The position numbers were made by a program, and so were the translations under genes. Shown here piece by piece: positions 7,129 to 12,265 of a stretch of 33,438 bases of DNA (its first letter is position 1; every line of letters starts with the position of its first letter). The notes beneath the pieces were generated by a model that saw only the letters and a list, made by a program, of their open reading frames with translations, searched no databases and was not told where the DNA came from. Source of the stretch: an archaeon (GTDB lineage: Archaea > EX4484-52 > B79-G9); NCBI GenBank assembly GCA_013139905.1, contig WSZW01000008.1, positions 1 through 33,438 of the forward strand, given 5' to 3'.

Positions 7129-7332
7129 ATGAACAATGAAAAATACCACTGTGAAGATTGTGAACAATTTATAAACAAAGGGAAGATGCACGATGAAAAT
7201 GAATCAGAGTTTATGAAAGAAATACATCGTGAATGGGGTGAGTGTAGAGACAGAGCAGAAGTTCATGCCAAAGCACCCATATGTGAAACGTTTGTAAAAC
7301 GAAAGTCATTAAAGGGTTTGTTCTTTAGATAA
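7129..7332 (+). CDS. Small Cys-containing protein (67 aa)
   Basis: The ATG is 3 nt after R7. HCEDCEQF...ECRD...PIC. Confidence 0.6.
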   Translation: MNNEKYHCEDCEQFINKGKMHDENESEFMKEIHREWGECRDRAEVHAKAPICETFVKRKSLKGLFFR

Positions 7333-7341
7333 TGATGACAC

Positions 7342-7456
7342 GATGCATAGGTGCTAGCTCTCAGTCACTTGCAGCAACCTGACACGCTCTACGGAGCGGC
7401 CAGGTGCAGCAAAAACACCCATCTGAAGATGGGATGCATGAACGGAATGAACCCCT
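7342..7456 (+). repeat. Repeat R8 (5' arm A; beta-like unique core; 3' arm B-like)
   Basis: GATGCATAGGTGCTAGCTCTCAGTCAC arm. TTGC-GCA-CCTG..CAGG-TGC-GCAA stem enclosing CGCTC-TACG-GAGCG. CCCATC-TGAA-GATGGG hairpin. GCATGAACGGAATGAACCCCT arm. Confidence 0.85.
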
Positions 7457-7483
7457 TAAATAATAAATTGATAAGGTGATGAA

Positions 7484-8236
7484 ATGATTGATAATATGAC
7501 CCCAACGAAAGAACAGAAGAAAGAATTTATAGTAAAGGCACTTGGAATTGCAGGATTCACAGAAAAGGAAAACTACCAATGGCTGTATACCCAAGAACAC
7601 GGTATGAAAACTGTTGTAGTGAACTTAAACGAATGGCCCGTTAAGCCATATTTCAACGTTAGTGGTAAGAAGATTACAGAGGACGATGAACATGCAACGT
7701 TGAAGAAGGTAAGAACCATCATTAATGAGGCGGAGGGTGGCCAGATGCCTTCGAGGACAGAGGCTGACATTGTTGTGAACGTTGGTACGAAAGATACATC
7801 TGCTGATGATATAGATGCACCAGAGCATAAGAAGTATGCACAGGTCGAGACACCAGACCAGCCAGACGATGCGCCTACACAAACACATAAAACAATGACT
7901 CATGAAGAAGCAATGGCATTACCAAAACAACAGTTTATAGATAGATGCAAAGCATGGTTGGATGAATTCAATGACGGCAACCAACTAAACATAGATGGTC
8001 CCACAAAATGTCCTATTCATGCCTGGGTAATGCATAACCACCAAGCATGTTGCAAAGATTTAGTTGGTGGTATAACAAATTGTGAGATCTGCGGCCAGCC
8101 GATGTGCCCAGATTGTTCAAACCACGGAGTAACTCAACTCTCGAGAGTAACCGGGTACATTCAAGATGTCGCTGGATTTAATGCAGGAAAAAAGCAAGAG
8201 TTGGCCGACCGCAAAAAACACGATACATTTAGGTAA
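7484..8236 (+). CDS. 250-aa protein with C-terminal NrdD-type zinc-ribbon plus glycyl-radical domain; N-terminal 170 aa unknown
   Basis: GGTGA SD lies upstream. The C-terminus CEICGQPMCPDCSNHGVTQLSRVTGYIQDVAGFNAGKKQELADRKKH matches the E. coli NrdD tail RRVCGYLGSPDARPFNAGKQEEVKRRVKH. Confidence 0.75.
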   Translation: MIDNMTPTKEQKKEFIVKALGIAGFTEKENYQWLYTQEHGMKTVVVNLNEWPVKPYFNVSGKKITEDDEHATLKKVRTIINEAEGGQMPSRTEADIVVNVGTKDTSADDIDAPEHKKYAQVETPDQPDDAPTQTHKTMTHEEAMALPKQQFIDRCKAWLDEFNDGNQLNIDGPTKCPIHAWVMHNHQACCKDLVGGITNCEICGQPMCPDCSNHGVTQLSRVTGYIQDVAGFNAGKKQELADRKKHDTFR

Positions 8237-8250
8237 ATTTAGTTAATAAT

Positions 8251-8270
8251 GATGACTGGGATTGACCCCT
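8251..8270 (+). repeat. Orphan 3' arm B relic (no core)
   Basis: GATGACTGGGATTGACCCCT matches CATGACTAAGATTGACCCCT of R2/R10. It lies 7 nt upstream of the truncated 5' arm of R9. Confidence 0.55.
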
Positions 8271-8277
8271 TTATATG

Positions 8278-8379
8278 AGCCGTAGATTAGTCACTAGTGG
8301 CACTCAGACTCGCTCAGTAGAGCGGCCTGGTGCTACTAAAACACCCGCATGAATGCGGGAGCATGGATAAGATGATGCA
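8278..8379 (+). repeat. Repeat R9 (5' arm B, truncated; core alpha; 3' arm A)
   Basis: GAGCCGTAGATTAGTCAC arm. The core is nearly identical to R1 and R14. GCATGGATAAGATGATGCA arm. Confidence 0.9.
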
Positions 8380-8424
8380 AAAATATTTATTTAATAAAAA
8401 CAAACAATAAAGATGTGATATATC

Positions 8425-8622
8425 ATGCCAAAAGGAAGAAACACAATGGATTTTATGGTTTCATTTAGACAACCTAACATGCCAGGTAAAAGCAAATATA
8501 GAATTCAAGCATATTCAAAATCTGATGCATTGAAACGGGCAAAAGCAAGATGGCCGTCATCTGGAGAATTTGAAGTATTGTATGGAGTGAAAACGGTTCG
8601 TGGAAAATCTGTCAAATTTTAA
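8425..8622 (+). CDS. Small basic protein (65 aa)
   Basis: A TATA-like AAATATTTATTTAAT tract follows R9. GATGTGAT SD-like motif lies before the ATG. Confidence 0.6.
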   Translation: MPKGRNTMDFMVSFRQPNMPGKSKYRIQAYSKSDALKRAKARWPSSGEFEVLYGVKTVRGKSVKF

Positions 8623-8639
8623 TTTTTGTTCGCCGATGG

Positions 8640-8750
8640 TTGCATAGGAGTTGGCTCAAGTCAGGGGCGCCGGTCCGAATGCGAGAATCCCGCATGACAA
8701 GCGCCCAACTCTCCCTTAGAAAGGGAGAGCATGACTAAGATTGACCCCTG
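8640..8750 (+). repeat. Repeat R10 (5' arm A variant; core epsilon; 3' arm B)
   Basis: TTGCATAGGAGTTGGCTCAAGTCA arm. The GGGCGC..GCGCCC stem is identical to R5. CTCTCCCT-TAGAA-AGGGAGAG hairpin. CATGACTAAGATTGACCCCTG arm. Confidence 0.9.
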
Positions 8751-8760
8751 TCTTTTTTTA
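8751..8760 (+). terminator. Oligo-T tract after R10
   Basis: TCTTTTTTTA lies directly after the 3' arm B. Confidence 0.35.
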
Positions 8761-8809
8761 AATAGAAATCCTTAAATAGAATAACTTACTTACTTAGTAT
8801 GGTGATATT

Positions 8810-9016
8810 GTGAAAATACAAATTCAAGTATTAAACCGCATCGATGAATTGACTTGTGAAATGGAAGATACAAAACATTCCATGGATAATGGTGGGACAA
8901 ACTTATTTTTTTACATGGAACATAAAAGAAAGTTGTTAGAGCAAGCAACCGAAATAAAACATCTATGTTGGGTAATAGATGAAGAAGTACCAAAACATAT
9001 TTTAGCCTTGTTATGA
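8810..9016 (+). CDS. Small protein (68 aa), GTG start
   Basis: GGTGA SD lies 4 nt upstream of GTG 8810. Confidence 0.55.
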   Translation: MKIQIQVLNRIDELTCEMEDTKHSMDNGGTNLFFYMEHKRKLLEQATEIKHLCWVIDEEVPKHILALL

Positions 9017-9020
9017 GGTT

Positions 9021-9221
9021 ATGAAAATGAAAAATCTTAATGAGAAATTTACTGATGGGGAATATGCAGAATTGATGAGATTGAAGAACTTTATTGGTTT
9101 GCCTTGGCATGATCTATTATTGCAGATATTCAGAGAAGGTGAAAAGACCGTTATAAAAATGTTGGTTGCGGAGGGACACACCAAAGAAGAGATTGAAGAA
9201 ATGTTTAATGAGAGGAATTGA
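9021..9221 (+). CDS. Small protein (66 aa)
   Basis: TGAGGTT lies before the ATG. It is closely packed with its neighbours. Confidence 0.55.
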   Translation: MKMKNLNEKFTDGEYAELMRLKNFIGLPWHDLLLQIFREGEKTVIKMLVAEGHTKEEIEEMFNERN

Positions 9222-9224
9222 AAG

Positions 9225-9380
9225 ATGACAGTTGTAGTGTGTGATAAAAAGGACTGTGCTCACTATGAGAATGGCATCTGTGAAATGGAACAGATATACT
9301 TTGAATTGATAAATGATGTACTTACGTGTGTAGATGATACTGAGTTTATTGAGGGGTCTGATCACAGAGCCGATGAATAG
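9225..9380 (+). CDS. 51-aa Cys-containing mini-protein
   Basis: GAGAGG lies before the ATG. VCDKKDCAHYENGIC. The last 9 codons (EGSDHRADE*) lie inside the R11 5' arm B. Confidence 0.5.
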   Translation: MTVVVCDKKDCAHYENGICEMEQIYFELINDVLTCVDDTEFIEGSDHRADE

Positions 9381-9469
9381 TCACTTGCGCGTCCCTGACT
9401 CGTCCACAGGACGGCCAGGGCGAGCAAAAACACCCGGATGAATCCGGGAGCATGGATAAGAAGACACAT
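9351..9469 (+). repeat. Repeat R11 (5' arm B; core beta; 3' arm A, degenerate)
   Basis: GAGGGGTCTGATCACAGAGCCGATGAATAGTCAC arm. The core is almost identical to R3 and R15. GCATGGATAAGAAGACACAT arm. Confidence 0.9.
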
Positions 9470-9489
9470 GAAAAGAGGCGAATAAATAA

Positions 9490-9678
9490 ATGAATGTAAG
9501 AATGTGGATATACACACATGTGGTGTGGGTATGGATGGTTTTGGCATGTGTTGTTGCTTATAATTTAGATAACATACCGATGATTTATGAATATTTTGAG
9601 GTTTTCGCAGGATTATATATTGCAGGATGTTTAATACTTTTCAGGGTTCAATCAAAAGACAACAATGTGGTGAAATAA
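9490..9678 (+). CDS. Small two-helix membrane protein (62 aa)
   Basis: AGAGGCGA lies before the ATG. Two hydrophobic helices are present. Confidence 0.55.
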   Translation: MNVRMWIYTHVVWVWMVLACVVAYNLDNIPMIYEYFEVFAGLYIAGCLILFRVQSKDNNVVK

Positions 9679-9852
9679 ATGGTAACTAAATTAGGTAAAT
9701 TTGAACTTAATACAAAGAAATGGAGAATAGAAAATGGATTAACAGGATCAGAGTGGAAAATATTTGTTGAGAATAGAGGCAATATTTTAGTAGTGGTTGT
9801 TGTTCTTGTTTCGATTGCATTTTTCATTCTTGGTTATACGTGTCCATTTTAG
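9679..9852 (+). CDS. 57-aa protein with C-terminal TM helix
   Basis: ORF read by eye (MVTKLGKFELNTKKW...ILVVVVVLVSIAFFILGY). The ATG is adjacent to the upstream stop. Confidence 0.45.
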   Translation: MVTKLGKFELNTKKWRIENGLTGSEWKIFVENRGNILVVVVVLVSIAFFILGYTCPF

Positions 9853-9874
9853 TGTGTGTGTAGATGATACTATG

Positions 9875-9943
9875 GATGCATAGGTGTTGGCTAGAAGTCA
9901 ACCGCACCCGGCTACAAGCAGGATGCATGCGGGAATGATGCAT
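9875..9943 (+). repeat. Repeat R12 (short form: 5' arm A; single composite hairpin; 3' arm A)
   Basis: GATGCATAGGTGTTGGCTAGAAGTCAA arm. CCGCA[CCGGCT-ACA-AGCAGG]ATGCATGCGG hairpin. GAATGATGCAT arm. Confidence 0.7.
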
Positions 9944-10210
9944 AAAAATGAGGTGAATAAATTGAAAAGTAAAGAAGAGATTGTTTTAACTGAAATAAAA
10001 GGGGCAAATGATATTGACAGTCCAATTTGGTTTACAAAAATAGTTGAAAATCTAGATGGTGTGTTGTCTAGAAGTGAAGTTGGAATAGCAATTGACAGAT
10101 TAAGTGATTTGGGTTATATAAAAGGAAGATATGGTGAAGTTAGAAAAGGATGGAGTGGATATAAATATCATATTACAGACATTGGTGAATCGTTATTTAA
10201 GATGCGCTAA
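9938..10210 (+). CDS. Winged-helix-like small DNA-binding protein; start uncertain (ATG 9935/9938 in R12, or TTG 9962 after GAGGTGA)
   Basis: The track ORF starts at 9884 inside R12. LSRSEVGIAIDRLSDLGYIKGRYGEV..YKYHITDIGESL resembles a wHTH wing. Confidence 0.5.
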   Translation: MHKNEVNKLKSKEEIVLTEIKGANDIDSPIWFTKIVENLDGVLSRSEVGIAIDRLSDLGYIKGRYGEVRKGWSGYKYHITDIGESLFKMR

Positions 10211-10211
10211 C

Positions 10212-10302
10212 GATGCATAGGTGCTAGCTATAAGTCAAGGGCGCCAGCGGCGGACCGCCCAACTCCCTGCTAGAAGCAGGGAGCATGACTAAGTTTGACC
10301 CA
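10212..10302 (+). repeat. Repeat R13 (5' arm A; core delta; 3' arm B)
   Basis: GATGCATAGGTGCTAGCTATAAGTCAA arm. The GGGCG..CGCCC stem is identical to R2. CTCCCTGC-TAGAA-GCAGGGAG hairpin. CATGACTAAGTTTGACCCA arm. Confidence 0.9.
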
Positions 10303-10331
10303 TTGAATGAATAAATAAAGAGAGTGAATAT

Positions 10332-10517
10332 ATGACAAGCCCAGAACAAATACTCGCTATCGGAATTGAACGATTGGCAATGATGCGCGAAATGGCGAAA
10401 ATTATCATAAATGCAGAAACCAAAGAAGATATCCTTTTTATTTTAAAAACAATGGAAGAACAACTGGATGAAGGAATTACTGAAATTGATGTGTTGTGCA
10501 AACAAATGGGAGAATAA
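10332..10517 (+). CDS. Small acidic helical protein (61 aa)
   Basis: GAGAGTGA SD lies before the ATG. Confidence 0.55.
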   Translation: MTSPEQILAIGIERLAMMREMAKIIINAETKEDILFILKTMEEQLDEGITEIDVLCKQMGE

Positions 10518-10522
10518 TAAAT

Positions 10523-10837
10523 ATGCAAGTCGGAACAAAGGAGATCCCGGACGAATTGTTTTATAGATATCTGCGATTAATCAAAGCGACTGAACGAAGC
10601 AGTGAACGATACAACTATGATTTTGATAAGGAACGAGAGGCCGTTCATGATGAAATTATACATCATGTCAATCTCTTACCACACATGAAAGAATATAGAG
10701 AATTTCAAAGCCATCTACAAGATTTGTGTGAAGATATGTTGCCATCAAGATTTCCGCCATCGCAGATACCTATAACAATAAATCCCCCAAATAGTGGTTT
10801 GATGTCTAATAGAGGGGTCGGATCACAGAGCCGATAG
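10523..10837 (+). CDS. Hypothetical protein (about 104 aa)
   Basis: ATG 10523 follows the upstream stop; the track start 10496 overlaps the previous ORF. The C-terminal codons (RGVGSQSR*) lie inside the R14 5' arm B. Confidence 0.55.
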   Translation: MQVGTKEIPDELFYRYLRLIKATERSSERYNYDFDKEREAVHDEIIHHVNLLPHMKEYREFQSHLQDLCEDMLPSRFPPSQIPITINPPNSGLMSNRGVGSQSR

Positions 10838-10931
10838 ATAGTCACTAGTGGCCATCAGACTCGCTCTATAGAGCGGCCTGGTGCTACTAAAACTCCCGCA
10901 TGAATGCGGGAGCATGACTAAAATGATGCAT
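10812..10931 (+). repeat. Repeat R14 (5' arm B; core alpha; 3' arm A)
   Basis: GAGGGGTCGGATCACAGAGCCGATAGATAGTCAC arm. Core as in R1 and R9. GCATGACTAAAATGATGCAT arm. Confidence 0.9.
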
Positions 10932-10984
10932 GAAAAGGAAGTGGGATATATGAAAGTAATTTATGTTGAAAGGTGAGATAGTAA

Positions 10985-11095
10985 ATGATTAAAAGTACAG
11001 ATCCATATAAAAATACTGGAGCAATACATACTGATCCAGAGAATGATAAGTATTTATATGAATTACAAAAAAATAAAAGTAAAAGAGGTGAATAA
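10985..11095 (+). CDS. 36-aa mini-protein
   Basis: AAGGTGAGA SD lies before the ATG. ORF read by eye (MIKSTDPYKNTG...). Confidence 0.4.
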   Translation: MIKSTDPYKNTGAIHTDPENDKYLYELQKNKSKRGE

Positions 11096-11099
11096 ATAA

Positions 11100-11282
11100 A
11101 TGGAAAACATAATCAAAAAGGTAAGAGTATTTGAGTCAAAATCAAATTACCACAACGGTGAAGATATCGGCTCTGGGTTTGCAGTGATTGTAGATCCACT
11201 ACTAACAACCGGACACCAGAAATGGCAAGTTGCACAGGCGATAAGGTATGCATTAGAGAATTTGGTATTAGAGGATGAATAA
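11100..11282 (+). CDS. Small protein (60 aa)
   Basis: AGAGGTGA SD lies before the ATG. Confidence 0.55.
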   Translation: MENIIKKVRVFESKSNYHNGEDIGSGFAVIVDPLLTTGHQKWQVAQAIRYALENLVLEDE

Positions 11283-11309
11283 TGACAAAGCAAAGGAGAT
11301 GAAAAGAAT

Positions 11310-11426
11310 ATGTTCTGTCGTCATGAATGGATAAAAGTAGGTGGTCCACAAAGAGCTGGACCCGGACAATTCAGTCAACATTTTAGATGTGTTAAATGTA
11401 ACAAAACAAAAAGACTGGTTGATTAA
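11310..11426 (+). CDS. 38-aa zinc-finger-like mini-protein
   Basis: AAGGAGATGA SD lies upstream. FCRHEW...RCVKCN. Confidence 0.45.
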   Translation: MFCRHEWIKVGGPQRAGPGQFSQHFRCVKCNKTKRLVD

Positions 11427-11428
11427 CA

Positions 11429-11539
11429 ATGCATAGGTGCTAGCACGAAGTCACTTGCGCGTCCCTGACTCGTCCACAGGACGGCCAGGGCGAGCAAAAA
11501 CTCCCGGCTGAAGCAGGGAGCATGGTTAAACTGATGCAT
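11429..11539 (+). repeat. Repeat R15 (5' arm A; core beta; hybrid P3; 3' arm A)
   Basis: ATGCATAGGTGCTAGCACGAAGTCAC arm. Beta stem identical to R11. CTCCCGGC-TGAA-GCAGGGAG hairpin. GCATGGTTAAACTGATGCAT arm. Confidence 0.9.
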
Positions 11540-11714
11540 AAAAGCAGTTGCACGAAACAAAGCACTGTTTGCAAATGCTATATGGTCCGTATCAAATCCT
11601 TTGTTGGTGGGATATAACTATTATAATGGAATGATTGAACAATCTATCATGTTCGCTGTTTTTACATTGGTGGCAGGGTATGGGGTATATAATTTAAAAA
11701 TTAAAGCGGAGTGA
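11535..11714 (+). pseudogene. N-terminally truncated paralogue of the 15084..15320 membrane protein, abutting R15
   Basis: The frame is open from 11535 with no ATG/GTG/TTG until mid-ORF. NAIWSVSNPLLVGYNYYNGMIEQSIMFAVFTLVAGYGVYNLKIK aligns to NVLWLISNPAMSVYNYNINEFEMAGMFGVYSMIAVYGVYNLKLK. Confidence 0.5.
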
Positions 11715-11719
11715 AAGCA

Positions 11720-11869
11720 ATGACAGATACTATGGACTTACTAACAATCAATACTTGTGATTTGAATGAATTAAAAGTTGATTTGGACGGAGATTTTTAT
11801 ATGTCCATATCAGATCGTGTAGGATTTGTGACCGACTTTATTGAACTGGTAGATAAATATAGAATATGA
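11720..11869 (+). CDS. 49-aa acidic mini-protein
   Basis: GGAGTGA SD lies upstream, the same context as at 6806. The stop TGA is the first triplet of R16. Confidence 0.45.
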   Translation: MTDTMDLLTINTCDLNELKVDLDGDFYMSISDRVGFVTDFIELVDKYRI

Positions 11870-11924
11870 TGCATAGGTGCTACAACGAAGTCAACTACCA
11901 TGCCTTAAAAGGCATGGCATCATC
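11868..11924 (+). repeat. Repeat R16 (terminal short form: 5' arm A then terminator-like hairpin)
   Basis: GATGCATAGGTGCTACAACGAAGTCAAC, then CCATGCC-TTAAAA-GGCATGG and GCATCATC, which is the inverted GATGATGC. Confidence 0.65.
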
Positions 11925-11938
11925 TAATTTCTTTTTTT
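11898..11938 (+). terminator. Hairpin plus T7 run closing the cassette array
   Basis: CCATGCC/GGCATGG stem (11898-11917) is followed by TTTCTTTTTTT. Confidence 0.5.
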
Positions 11939-11982
11939 CCGGTGGTTTTTGGTTGTGGTGTGGGGTGTGGTTTTTAAGTGGA

Positions 11983-11996
11983 AAGTTATATATAGT
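11983..11996 (+). promoter_or_regulatory. BRE/TATA-like promoter of the replication module
   Basis: GAAAG-TTATATATAG lies about 29 nt upstream of ATG 12020. Confidence 0.45.
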
Positions 11997-12019
11997 TTAA
12001 CATCTATTTAACTTATATT

Positions 12020-12163
12020 ATGTTATTGGAAACTAAAATCCATAAAATCGGCGGATCACATATGTTGGTGATACCAGGCCCAATGGTTGAATATTTTAAA
12101 ATCAAACCAGGAAAATGTAAAATCGAAGACACAGACGAAAACGAAGCACGGCTGGTTTTTTGA
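12020..12163 (+). CDS. AbrB/SpoVT-like (swapped-hairpin) small DNA-binding protein, 47 aa
   Basis: ORF read by eye: MLLETKIHKIGGSHMLVIPGPMVEYFKIKPGKCKIE.... The KIGGS..V.IP signature is typical of AbrB/MazE-fold regulators. Confidence 0.6.
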   Translation: MLLETKIHKIGGSHMLVIPGPMVEYFKIKPGKCKIEDTDENEARLVF

Positions 12164-12265
12164 GAGTGGTGAAGTTGATGTTTGTAAAAGGAACACCCCG
12201 CTGGCAGGCAGGGCATAAAAGAGATTCGATAGAACCAGTACTTAGATTGTTTTTATTTTATTTAA

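Noticed and set aside
3572-11938. The repeat array as a CRISPR array
   Set aside because: The repeats are 57-121 nt, internally variable and highly structured. The 'spacers' are 210-835 bp and contain ORFs with ribosome-binding sites. No cas genes are present.
3572-11938. The repeats as canonical integron attC sites
   Set aside because: There are no R''/R' boxes (RYYYAAC...GTTRRRY) and no IntI-type tyrosine recombinase in the window. Only the array architecture is integron-like.
12013-12216. 67-aa minus-strand ORF
   Set aside because: The + strand here encodes a convincing AbrB-like 47-aa protein placed correctly behind a TATA box.
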